64,000 nt of DNA, taken from assembly GCA_913778205.1 (NCBI GenBank), contig CAJYUW010000046.1, positions 51,830-115,829 on the forward strand, in the 5' to 3' direction. The notes under the pieces were generated by a model. The model saw only the letters and a program-made list of their open reading frames with translations, was not told the DNA's origin and made no database searches. Of this stretch, positions 44,506 to 53,135 are shown piece after piece; the stretch's first letter is position 1; the number at the start of each line of letters is the position of its first letter. The translations under genes were made by a program, and so were the position numbers. The DNA is from an uncultured Curtobacterium sp. Lineage in GTDB: Bacteria > Actinomycetota > Actinomycetes > Actinomycetales > Microbacteriaceae.

Positions 44506-45813
44506 TCAGCGCCCCATGCCACGGTACGTGAAGCCGGCGGCGGACCAGGCATCGCGGTCGAGGCAGTTGCGCCCGTCGACCACGACCGGCGTCGCGACGA
44601 GCGCGGCGACGGCGGACGGGTCGAGCTCGCGGAACTCGTTCCACTCGGTGAGGACGAGGACGAGGTCGGCACCGCGCAGGGCGTCCGCGGCGGTCTCGAC
44701 GTAGTCGAGCTCCGGGTGCACGCGGCGTGCCGTCACGACGGCCTCGGGGTCGTACGCGGCGACCCGCGCACCGAGCCCGTGCAGACGACCGGCGATGTCG
44801 AGCGACGGGGAGTCGCGGACGTCGTCGGAGTTCGGCTTGAACGCCAGCCCGAGCACGGCGACGCGCTTGCCCGCGACGTCGCCGCCGAGGAGCTCCTGCG
44901 CGAGCGTGACGACGTGGTCGCGGCGGCGGAGGTTGATCGCGTCGACGTCGGCGAGGAACGCGAGCGACTCGGGCACGCCGAGCTCGTCGGCGCGCGCCTG
45001 GAACGCCCGGATGTCCTTCGGCAGGCAGCCGCCGCCGAACCCGAGGCCGGCGTTGAGGAACTTCCGGCCGATGCGGGCGTCGTGCCCGATCGCGTCCGCG
45101 AGCGCGGTCACGTCGGCGCCGACGACCTCGGCGATCTCGGCCATCGCGTTGATGAAGGAGATCTTCGTCGCGAGGAAGGCGTTCGCGCTGACCTTGACGA
45201 GCTCGGCGGTCGGCAGGTCGACGACGAGCCGCGGGGTGCCCTCGGCGAGCGCCGTGGCGTAGACCTCGTCGAGGACGGCCGTCGCACGCTCGCCCTGCTC
45301 ACCGGCGGGGACGCCGTAGACGAGGCGGTCGGGCGCGATGGTGTCCTGCACGGCGAAGCCCTCGCGGAGGAACTCGGGGTTCCAGACCAGGGTGGCCCCG
45401 GGGACGGCCTGCTCGACCTCGCCCGCGAGCCGAGCGGCGGTCCCCACCGGGACGGTCGACTTGCCGACGACGTACTCGCCGGCGGACAGGTGCGGGGTGA
45501 GCGCCGCCACCGCGGCGTCGACGTACGTCAGGTCCGCGGCGCCGGTCGGCCCCTGGGGCGTGCCGACGGCGAGGAAGTGCACCGTCGCCCCGGCGACCTC
45601 GGCCATGTCCGTGGTGAAGCGGATGCGCCCCGAGGCGAGCGCCTCGCTCAGGATCTCCGGCAGCCCGGGCTCGAAGAAGGGTGCCTCACCCGCCGCGAGT
45701 CGCTCGATCTTCGCCGGGTCCACGTCGACGGCGACGACGTCGTGTCCGAGCTTGGCCATGGAGGCGGCGTGCACGGCACCGAGGTAACCGCAGCCGATGA
45801 CAGAGATACGCAC
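44506..45813 (-). CDS. ugd: UDP-glucose 6-dehydrogenase
   Basis: GTG 45813. VRISVIGCGYLGAVHA...NPEFLREG...GFGGGCLPKD...FKPNSDDVRDSP is the UDP-glucose/GDP-mannose dehydrogenase family signature. The length fits Ugd. Confidence 0.8.
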   Translation of the reverse strand: MRISVIGCGYLGAVHAASMAKLGHDVVAVDVDPAKIERLAAGEAPFFEPGLPEILSEALASGRIRFTTDMAEVAGATVHFLAVGTPQGPTGAADLTYVDAAVAALTPHLSAGEYVVGKSTVPVGTAARLAGEVEQAVPGATLVWNPEFLREGFAVQDTIAPDRLVYGVPAGEQGERATAVLDEVYATALAEGTPRLVVDLPTAELVKVSANAFLATKISFINAMAEIAEVVGADVTALADAIGHDARIGRKFLNAGLGFGGGCLPKDIRAFQARADELGVPESLAFLADVDAINLRRRDHVVTLAQELLGGDVAGKRVAVLGLAFKPNSDDVRDSPSLDIAGRLHGLGARVAAYDPEAVVTARRVHPELDYVETAADALRGADLVLVLTEWNEFRELDPSAVAALVATPVVVDGRNCLDRDAWSAAGFTYRGMGR

Positions 45814-45897
45814 GGGAAGACGGTACAGGTTCCTGCACGCCTCCACATCGACGGGCGGCCGTGGCGGCACGGCGGTCGGCGCCGCGTCGGGTACGCG

Positions 45898-46446
45898 TCA
45901 GGCGCGGACGTCGCCCCACGAGGGCCGGTCGGGGCCGCCGACGATCTCGTCCCAGTCCGGCTCGCGGTGTCGTCGCCGCGCCTCGTACGCCTCGACGAGG
46001 TCGTGCAGCACCGCCACGACGAGGTCCGCGTGCGGGACGTCCGCGAGCACGACGACCGGGTCGTCCCCGGGGAACACGAGCACGTCGCCGGACCGGAACA
46101 CCCCCTGCAGGCCGCGCCGACGCACCGTGACGTCGTACCCGCGCGCGTGCAGGAGCTCGCGGCGGGTCCGGGTGCCGAGGCCATGGACGACGACGAGGCG
46201 CCGCGTCGTGACGACGTACCGCTGCGACATCCACCGGACGAGCGGCACGACCCCGCCCAGCACGACGAGGAGGAGCACGACGACCGCGACGACGACGTTG
46301 AGCCAGGCGAGCTGCGCGCGGAACACGCCGAACCCGAAGCCGCCGGCCGCCGCGACGAGCACCACGAACACGGCGGGGCGCACGAGCCGCCGCGCGTGCG
46401 GCCGGAGCCGGGCGACGACCCGTTCCGGCGGCGGCTCGGCGGTCAT
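45898..46446 (-). CDS. bacterial PH-domain (bPH_2/YdbS-like) membrane protein
   Basis: Two TM helices, then RYVVTTRRLVVVHGLGTRTRRELLHARGYDVTVRRRGLQGVF. The alternative start at 46458 would overlap the birA stop. Positional equivalent of Rv3278c. Confidence 0.65.
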   Translation of the reverse strand: MTAEPPPERVVARLRPHARRLVRPAVFVVLVAAAGGFGFGVFRAQLAWLNVVVAVVVLLLVVLGGVVPLVRWMSQRYVVTTRRLVVVHGLGTRTRRELLHARGYDVTVRRRGLQGVFRSGDVLVFPGDDPVVVLADVPHADLVVAVLHDLVEAYEARRRHREPDWDEIVGGPDRPSWGDVRA

Positions 46447-46450
46447 GCCC

Positions 46451-47272
46451 TCATGCATAGCGCAGGTGCGTGACGTCACCGACCGCGACGCCCCTGGTCG
46501 CCCCGTCCCGGTGCCGGATCGTGATGCGGCCCTCGTCGTCGATGCCGACCGCGTCGGCCTCCTCCACGGTGCCGTCGGGCAGCTCCAGGCGGATCCGGCG
46601 CCCGATCGTGCCGCACGCGGCACGGACGTCCGACCGGACCGCCTCGGCCGCCGCACCGACCGTCGACAGGGCGACCACGGCCTCCAGGAGGGCCGCCCGG
46701 AAGTCGGCGAGCACGGCGTCCGCGAGGTCCTCGGCGGAGCCCGGAGCACCGGCGACGGCGAGCGAGGTGGCGGTCGGTGTGGGCAGCGCGTCCGCCGGGA
46801 TCGTCAGGTTGACGCCCGCGCCGACGACCACGCTGCCGTCCGGCGCGACCTGGCAGAGGATGCCGCAGACCTTGCGCTCGTCGACGTGCACGTCGTTCGG
46901 CCACTTCACCTCGACGACCGGACGGGAGGCCCGACCCGCCCCCGCCCCGCCGCCCACCCGGGCGGCCACCGCGTCCCGCATCGCGCGTCCGGCGACGAGC
47001 GGCAACCAGCCGCGCGCGCGGTCGTCCAGGTCGGCTCGCACGAGCACGCTCGCCGCGAGCGTCTGCCCCGCCGGCGCGGACCAGGAGCGGTCGAGGCGTC
47101 CGCGGCCCGCCGTCTGGTCGAGGGTGGCCACGACGCTGCCGTGCGGCAGGTCGCCGGCGGCGGCGAGGAGGTCCGCGTTGGTGGACCCGGTCGTCGCCGG
47201 GAGGAGGAGGGTCGCGCCGTCGGCCTCGACCTGTGCACGGCTGGCGGGGAACGCGGACGCGGGTGTGGACAT
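46451..47272 (-). CDS. birA: biotin--[acetyl-CoA-carboxylase] ligase (group I, no HTH domain)
   Basis: [18 protein letters not shown]...VKWPNDV...KVCGIL are BirA catalytic motifs. At 273 aa it lacks an N-terminal DNA-binding domain. Confidence 0.9.
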   Translation of the reverse strand: MSTPASAFPASRAQVEADGATLLLPATTGSTNADLLAAAGDLPHGSVVATLDQTAGRGRLDRSWSAPAGQTLAASVLVRADLDDRARGWLPLVAGRAMRDAVAARVGGGAGAGRASRPVVEVKWPNDVHVDERKVCGILCQVAPDGSVVVGAGVNLTIPADALPTPTATSLAVAGAPGSAEDLADAVLADFRAALLEAVVALSTVGAAAEAVRSDVRAACGTIGRRIRLELPDGTVEEADAVGIDDEGRITIRHRDGATRGVAVGDVTHLRYA

Positions 47273-47334
47273 GCACGCAATCTACGGGCCGGAACCGTGG
47301 ACGACCTCCAACCGTCGCCGTCGGGAGCCGCCGG

Positions 47335-47340
47335 TATGGT
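47335..47340 (+). promoter_or_regulatory. -10-like hexamer TATGGT, 6 nt before GTG 47347 of pccB (leaderless candidate)
   Basis: TANNNT-N6-GTG in the birA/pccB divergent spacer, with no Shine-Dalgarno. Confidence 0.35.
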
Positions 47341-47346
47341 GAGCGG

Positions 47347-48942
47347 GTGACTCAAGGTGACACCCCCGATCTCTCGACGACCGCCGGTCGGCTCGCCGAC
47401 CTCCGCGACCGGTACCACGAAGCCGTGACCGCCGCGGGCGAGGCCGCCATCGCGAAGCAGCACGCGAAGGGCAAGGGCACCGCCCGGGAGCGCATCGAGC
47501 AGCTCCTCGACGACAACTCCTTCGTCGAGTTCGACGAGTTCGTCCGCCACCGCACGACCGCGTTCGGCATGGACGCCAAGCGCCCGTACGGCGACGCGGT
47601 CGTCACCGGCGTCGGGACGATCCACGGCCGGACCGTCGCGGTCTACGCGCAGGACTTCACGGTGTTCGGCGGCTCCCTCGGCGAGGTCGCCGGCGAGAAG
47701 ATCATCAAGGTCATGCAGCACGCGCTGAAGACGGGCGTGCCGATCATCGGCATCCTCGACTCCGGCGGCGCGCGCATCCAAGAGGGCGTCGTCGCGCTCG
47801 GCAAGTACGGCGAGATCTTCCGCCTGAACACGGCGGCGTCCGGCGTCATCCCGCAGATCTCGATCGTCATGGGCCCGGCGGCCGGCGGCGCGGTGTACTC
47901 CCCCGCCCTGACCGACTTCGTGATCATGGTCGACAAGACCAGCCACATGTTCGTCACCGGCCCCGACGTCATCAAGACGGTCACGGGCGAGGACGTCGGC
48001 TTCGAGGAGCTCGGCGGCGCGCAGACCCACAACGCCGTGTCCGGCGTCGCGCACTACCTCGCCGAGGACGAGTCCGACGCCCTCGACTACGCCCGGTCGC
48101 TCATCGGCTTCCTGCCGGACAACAACCTGTCCGACGCACCGGCCTACGACGTCGCGCCCGAGCTCGAGACGACCGACGCCGACCACGAGCTCGACACCGT
48201 CATCCCGGACTCGACCAACCAGCCGTACGACGTCACGACGATCATCGAGCACGTCGTCGACGACGGCGAGTTCCTCGAGGTGCAGCCGCTCTTCGCGCCG
48301 AACATCCTGATCGGCTTCGGCCGGGTCGAGGGCCGCACGGTCGGCATCATCGCGAACCAGCCGCAGGCGATGGCCGGCACGCTCAACATCGACGCCGGCG
48401 AGAAGGCGGCGCGGTTCGTGCGGTTCTGCGACGCGTTCGGCATCCCGATCCTCACGCTCGTCGACGTCCCCGGCTACCTGCCCGGCACCGACCAGGAGTG
48501 GACCGGTGTCATCCGCCGTGGCGCGAAGCTCCTCTACGCGTACGCCGAGGCGACCGTGCCGCTCGTCACCGTCATCACGCGCAAGGCCTACGGCGGCGCC
48601 TACATCGTCATGGGGTCGAAGCAGCTCGGCGCGGACATCAACCTCGCCTGGCCGACCGCCGAGATCGCCGTGATGGGCGGCCAGGGTGCCGTCAACATCC
48701 TGTACCGCTCGGAGATCAAGCGGGCGGAGGAGGCCGGCGAGGACGTCGCTGCCGTCCGGACCAAGCTCGCGAACGAGTACACCTACAACGTCGCCTCGCC
48801 CTACCTCGCAGCCGAGCGCGGCGAGCTCGACGGGATCATCCAGCCGCACGCCACCCGCGTGTCGGTGATCAAGGCCCTGCGCGCCCTGCGCGGCAAGCGG
48901 GCCTCGCTCCCGCCCAAGAAGCACGGGAACATCCCGCTGTGA
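47347..48942 (+). CDS. pccB: acyl-CoA carboxylase carboxyltransferase beta subunit (propionyl/acetyl-CoA)
   Basis: GTG 47347 lies 6 nt after [25 protein letters not shown]...FGGSLGEV...GGARIQEG...[10 protein letters not shown] is the AccD5/PccB signature. Confidence 0.9.
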   Translation: MTQGDTPDLSTTAGRLADLRDRYHEAVTAAGEAAIAKQHAKGKGTARERIEQLLDDNSFVEFDEFVRHRTTAFGMDAKRPYGDAVVTGVGTIHGRTVAVYAQDFTVFGGSLGEVAGEKIIKVMQHALKTGVPIIGILDSGGARIQEGVVALGKYGEIFRLNTAASGVIPQISIVMGPAAGGAVYSPALTDFVIMVDKTSHMFVTGPDVIKTVTGEDVGFEELGGAQTHNAVSGVAHYLAEDESDALDYARSLIGFLPDNNLSDAPAYDVAPELETTDADHELDTVIPDSTNQPYDVTTIIEHVVDDGEFLEVQPLFAPNILIGFGRVEGRTVGIIANQPQAMAGTLNIDAGEKAARFVRFCDAFGIPILTLVDVPGYLPGTDQEWTGVIRRGAKLLYAYAEATVPLVTVITRKAYGGAYIVMGSKQLGADINLAWPTAEIAVMGGQGAVNILYRSEIKRAEEAGEDVAAVRTKLANEYTYNVASPYLAAERGELDGIIQPHATRVSVIKALRALRGKRASLPPKKHGNIPL

Positions 48943-49250
48943 CGGACACGGTCGGATCCTCGGGAGCCGGAGCGGCGCCGTCCCGCCGGGCGTCGCACGG
49001 CAAGCACGCGGCTGCGGTCCCGGCCGACGCCCCGGTAGCGGTCGCGGACGTCCGGGTCGTGTCCGGCGCGCCGACGCCGGAGGAGCTCGCGGCGGTCGTC
49101 GCCGTCCTGCAGCGCCAGGCCGACGAGGTGGCCGCCGCCGGACGCGCCGAGGTCACCGCGTCGCCACGGTCCGGTTGGGACGCCTCGGCGCGGGGCCTCC
49201 GCCGGCCGCTCGAGCACGGCCCCGGGGCCTGGGCCCGTTCGCTGCGCTGA
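48939..49250 (+). CDS. accE: acyl-CoA carboxylase epsilon subunit
   Basis: GTGA overlap with the pccB stop. [21 protein letters not shown] is the hallmark AccE motif. 103 aa. Confidence 0.8.
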   Translation: MTDTVGSSGAGAAPSRRASHGKHAAAVPADAPVAVADVRVVSGAPTPEELAAVVAVLQRQADEVAAAGRAEVTASPRSGWDASARGLRRPLEHGPGAWARSLR

Positions 49251-49615
49251 CACGTCGGCCCCGCACCTGCCGTCCGGTCGCGCCCGCTGCGCCGACGATC
49301 TGTGCGCGGCCTTATGCCGCGGGGGCATCCGCGGGACCATGTACCCCTGGACGGGGGTCGGACGTCGACGGTTGCACTGCGCACTTCCGGACCGGTCTCC
49401 CCTCTTCCGGGGGACACGAAATCCGGAAGTCGGCTGGATCGGGCGAATTTGTCCCCCATAATGACGACTGACACGACCACTCCGAGTCGGCATCATTGTC
49501 TGTGTTCGGTGTCCTTCTCAGAAGAACATCGCAGGTCGGTGGCCGACTAGGGTACGACGCCACCGCCCGCTGCGAGTCAGGGCGATATTCGGGTTGTCGC
49601 CCAGACTCGGGTCGT

Positions 49616-49648
49616 GAACGGGCCGGTCGGTTTCCGACCGGCCCGTTC
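49616..49648. terminator. strong hairpin, 15-bp perfect stem, TTT loop
   Basis: gaacgggccggtcgg-ttt-ccgaccggcccgttc lies inside the 690-bp ORF-poor gap between accE and the convergent membrane-protein gene. No flanking T-tract on either strand. Confidence 0.4.
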
Positions 49649-49936
49649 CCCCCGTTCCCGGGCCGGTTCCAGCCCCTGGGGCCTGCTCTGGATCGCCGGT
49701 CTGCTCCGGATCCTCGGGCCGGCTCCGCGTCCCGGGCCGACTCCGGACCGGGAGCCGCGGGACGGGCGTGCGCCGCGCCTCCAAGGCGTCCGCGATGGAC
49801 GGACGCCACGATCAGGGCCCGCCGACGCGCTCGGGACGCCACCGCGGCCCGCCGACGCGCTCCCGACGCGACCAGCGCCGTCACGCCCGTCCCGCGCCGT
49901 TCCGCACGGTTCCGCGAACGGGGCGGGCCGTCCCGC

Positions 49937-50983
49937 TCAGGCCGTCACGTGCCGCGGGATCTCCAGCCAGAGCGCCACCGAGTCGTCCTCGTCGCCGTCC
50001 TCGTCGTCGAGGTCCCCGAGCGCCGCGGACTCGCTCGCGGCCGTGTCGAGCCGCAGGCCGACGACCGTAACCGCCGTGTCGGCCCCCTCCGCCACCGTCC
50101 GCACGATGACGTTGTCGGCCCCGTGCGCCCGCCGGAGCGCGTCCGCGACCTGCGCGTGGATGCGCCGGATGTCGTCAGCGCCGAGGTCGTCCAGGCCGCC
50201 GTCGTCGTGCAGCTGCACGGTGGCGCCGGACCGACGGAGGCGCATCACCTCGGTGCGCACGTCGTCGGAGAGCAGCGAGCGTCCGCGGATCTCGTCACGG
50301 ATGGCCTGCTCGAGGTGCAGGCACTCCTCGCGCTCGTCCTCGGTGAGCTCGCCGTGCGCGTCGACGACACGCTGCAGCATCGGCAGCGCCATCCGCGTGG
50401 TCTGGCTCAGCCGGAACTGCCGCTCGAAGACGTGGGCGTCCTGCGCGGCCTGCCAGTCCTCGGTCTCCTGCTCCGCGCGGGTGAAGTCCCGGAGGACCCG
50501 CGTCGCCCGGTTCATCGCGACCGAGAACACGGCGGCGATGGCCACCCACGCGACGCTCGCGGCGACCCCGAGGGACCCGAGCGCGCCGAACCCGGCCCAC
50601 GCCACGGTGTGCACGGCGAGGAAGCCCACGCCGAACCAGGCGAACGCCCTGCGACCGCGGACGACGAGGACGACCATGAGCGTCCCGACCGCGGCGACCC
50701 ACCAGGTGGCGTACCCGGGGCCGGTCCGCAGTTCCACCACGGGAGCGGCCACGACGGGCACGACCACCGCCGTGGCGAGCGAGAAGCACGCGGTCCAGAC
50801 CGGCAGCGTCCGCCCCGGCACGAACAGCGCGGTCCCGGTGGCGGCCGCGTAGAGCACCATGCACGCGATGATCGGTGCCATGTCGTGCACGCGCGGGAGT
50901 GTCGTCGCGGCGAGGACGAGGTGGTACAGCGAGAACAGTGCCGCGAGTCCGGTGGCGACCCCGGCCGGGATCGAGACCCTCAC
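49937..50983 (-). CDS. membrane protein, possible His-less histidine-kinase-like paralog
   Basis: GTGA overlap with the kinase stop. ~6 TM helices are followed by a cytoplasmic helical region FERQFRLSQTTRMALPMLQRV (no His where the kinase has VHDSVL). Then comes VQLHDDGGLDD, reminiscent of a degenerate G1 box. Confidence 0.6.
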   Translation of the reverse strand: MRVSIPAGVATGLAALFSLYHLVLAATTLPRVHDMAPIIACMVLYAAATGTALFVPGRTLPVWTACFSLATAVVVPVVAAPVVELRTGPGYATWWVAAVGTLMVVLVVRGRRAFAWFGVGFLAVHTVAWAGFGALGSLGVAASVAWVAIAAVFSVAMNRATRVLRDFTRAEQETEDWQAAQDAHVFERQFRLSQTTRMALPMLQRVVDAHGELTEDEREECLHLEQAIRDEIRGRSLLSDDVRTEVMRLRRSGATVQLHDDGGLDDLGADDIRRIHAQVADALRRAHGADNVIVRTVAEGADTAVTVVGLRLDTAASESAALGDLDDEDGDEDDSVALWLEIPRHVTA

Positions 50984-52263
50984 GAGGACTCCTCCGTCCC
51001 GGGGCGCCAGGAGAGCCGCACGACGGTCCCGCTGCCCGGTGCGGAGACGACCTCCGCGCAGCCGTCGACCGCCACGACCCGCTCGATGATCGACCGACGG
51101 ACGCCGAGCCGCTCGGCGGGGACACCCGTCGGGTCGAAGCCGACACCGTCGTCCCCGACCTCGATCCGGACGCCCGCGCCACGCTGCTCCACGTCCACCC
51201 ACCGGTCGACATCGGCGTCACCGGCGTGCTGCACCGAGTTGACGGCCGCCTGCAGGGCAGCCGACGCCAGCGCATCCGCGACCACCGCGGGCAGCGGCAG
51301 GTCGCTGACACGTCGTTCCACGAGCCGGACGGGGGCGGCGAGTGCGGACACGGCACCGCAGATGCGGGACCGCAGCTCGGTGAGCGGCACCGGGCCGGCC
51401 GCACCGGGCGCGTCGGCCGCCGCCGCCGCGAGGTGGTCGATCGCGTTCCGCGCCATCCGGGCGGACAACGCCTTCGCGTCGACGGTCTCCGCACGCGCCG
51501 CCGACAGCAGGGTCGTGAGGACGCTGTCGTGGACGATGGCGTCGACCTGGACGCGCTCGACCTCGGTGGCGTGCTCGCGGATGGCGGCCGAGTAGCGACG
51601 GACCGCGGTCGCCTGTGCCGCGTCGACCGCCGTCGCGGCCCGGCGCAGCACGACCGCGATGACGAGGACGGCGCCGCTGAGGATGGCCGTGTACACGCCG
51701 TCGAGCACTGCGCGGGTGACGCCGGCGTGACCGCCGACCGGCAGCAGCCGGATGACGACGAACACCGCGGGCGCGAGCGCGGTGTAGACCGTCGCGCGCC
51801 AGGGGGCGAACCCCATCGCGGCCGCGGTCGAGCCGATCGTGATGAACCACCACGGCCACGGCGTCTGCGTCCGCGGGATCGGGTCGTGCACCGTGAGGGG
51901 CCAGGTCACGAGGGCGACGAGGAAGACCAGTGCGCACACGATCTGCGCCGGCTGGGCGAACCGCGGGACGAACGCCGCGAACCCGAGGAACACGAAGGAC
52001 GCGCCGAGCGCGGCGACGGTCACGGGTCCCCACACCGGGTCGAGGTAGGGCAGCTGGCCGAGCACCGACGGGGCGTCGGCCGCGCCGAGCCCCACGGCGC
52101 CCATCGCGAGGAGGATCGTGAACGCCCGCTCCACCGACGCCTGCGTGATCGTCGCCCGCACGTTCCGCGTGGGGTCGACGCCGACGGGCGCCGCCCCCGA
52201 GGGCACCGCCCCCGAGGGCACCGCCCCCGAGGGCACCGGCGCCCGTCCGGCCGCCACCGTCAT
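50980..52263 (-). CDS. sensor histidine kinase (HisKA_3 / NarL-partner type)
   Basis: ATG 52263. Multi-TM sensor, H-box region VQVDAIVHDSVLTTLL and ATPase part AAVNSVQHAG...IEVGDDGVGFD...GSGTVVRLSW. The N-terminus contains a 3x GAVPS repeat. Confidence 0.8.
   Translation of the reverse strand: MTVAAGRAPVPSGAVPSGAVPSGAAPVGVDPTRNVRATITQASVERAFTILLAMGAVGLGAADAPSVLGQLPYLDPVWGPVTVAALGASFVFLGFAAFVPRFAQPAQIVCALVFLVALVTWPLTVHDPIPRTQTPWPWWFITIGSTAAAMGFAPWRATVYTALAPAVFVVIRLLPVGGHAGVTRAVLDGVYTAILSGAVLVIAVVLRRAATAVDAAQATAVRRYSAAIREHATEVERVQVDAIVHDSVLTTLLSAARAETVDAKALSARMARNAIDHLAAAAADAPGAAGPVPLTELRSRICGAVSALAAPVRLVERRVSDLPLPAVVADALASAALQAAVNSVQHAGDADVDRWVDVEQRGAGVRIEVGDDGVGFDPTGVPAERLGVRRSIIERVVAVDGCAEVVSAPGSGTVVRLSWRPGTEESS
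52191..52235. repeat. 15-bp perfect tandem repeat x3, in frame in the histidine kinase N-terminus
   Basis: ccgcccccgagggca x3 encodes (GAVPS)3 on the minus strand. Confidence 0.9.
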
Positions 52264-52268
52264 CGTCG

Positions 52269-52985
52269 TCAGCGGCCGTCGGCGTCGGGGTCGATCCCCG
52301 AGTCGAGACCGGGGAGGATGCCGTCCTCGACCGCGCGGCGGAGGAGGTCGACCTTCGTCGGCGCGGGCCGGCCGACCTCGACGTACTTCACGCGGATGCG
52401 GTCGAGGTACTCCCGTGCCGTGGAGTACCCGATGCCGAGCTGCTGCGCGGCGAGCTTGAGCGGCAGGCCCGAGGCGTAGAGGTGCAGGATCTCGCGTTCG
52501 CGACGACCGAGCTGCGCCTTCGCGAAGTCGCGGTCGGCGTCGATCGCGCTCGCCCACTCGAGGTTGTTGAGGACGTCACCGCGGGCGACGGTCGCGACGG
52601 CGGCCATCACGGTCTTCGTCGCCGACGACTTCGGGATGACACCGGCGGCCCCTGCCGCCAGCGCCTCGCGGACGTTCGCGACGCGGTCCGCGATGGAGTG
52701 GACCAGGACGGCGGAACCGGTGCCCTGCACACCCTTGACGTTCTCGGTCACGGTCGAGCCGTCGCCGAGCGACAGGTCGAGGACGACGACGTCGACCTCG
52801 CGGTCGCCGAGCTCGCGGACGTACTCCGGCACGCTCGCGGCCGTGAGGACCACTTCGAAGCCCTCGTTCTGGCACGCGGCCTGGATGCCGAGTCGCACGG
52901 ACTCGTGGTCGTCGACGATCGCGACGCGGACCGGTCCGGTCCGCACGTCGGTCGCTGCGGTGGTTGATGTCGTCTCTGCTGCCAC
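52269..52985 (-). CDS. LuxR/NarL-family response regulator
   Basis: Receiver domain VRVAIVDDHESVR...VVVLDLSLGDG plus C-terminal HTH LGRREREILHLYASGLPLKLAAQQLGIGYSTAREYLDRIRVKY. GTG start after GAGAGG. Confidence 0.9.
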   Translation of the reverse strand: MAAETTSTTAATDVRTGPVRVAIVDDHESVRLGIQAACQNEGFEVVLTAASVPEYVRELGDREVDVVVLDLSLGDGSTVTENVKGVQGTGSAVLVHSIADRVANVREALAAGAAGVIPKSSATKTVMAAVATVARGDVLNNLEWASAIDADRDFAKAQLGRREREILHLYASGLPLKLAAQQLGIGYSTAREYLDRIRVKYVEVGRPAPTKVDLLRRAVEDGILPGLDSGIDPDADGR

Positions 52986-53135
52986 GGTGGCCTCTCGTTC
53001 CGATGCGCAGCCCGGCCCCTGATACCGGGCGCCATCATCGCCCCAGGATACCCAGGTCCGACTCAGGTTCAGGCCCGTGGTCGCCAGACGCGCCGGACGC
53101 CGTGTCGGACCCCACGCGGGACGTCGCGCCGGACG

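Noticed and set aside
46451-47347. BirA as a bio-operon repressor acting on the birA/pccB divergent spacer
   Set aside because: The 273-aa BirA lacks the N-terminal winged-helix domain (group I ligase), so a repressor role is not supported by the sequence.
49461-49550. 29-codon ORF MTTDTTTPSRHHCLCSVSFSEEHRRSVAD as a confident small-protein gene
   Set aside because: It has no Shine-Dalgarno, no recognisable family, atypical codon usage, and lies within a structured region. It is kept only as a possibility inside the candidate sRNA-locus finding.
52986-53135. Direct repeat GATACC-N20-GATACC (53021 and 53047) upstream of the response regulator as an autoregulatory operator
   Set aside because: Two hexamers alone are too weak a signal, and there is no inverted symmetry typical of NarL-type sites. 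Noted but not reported as a feature.
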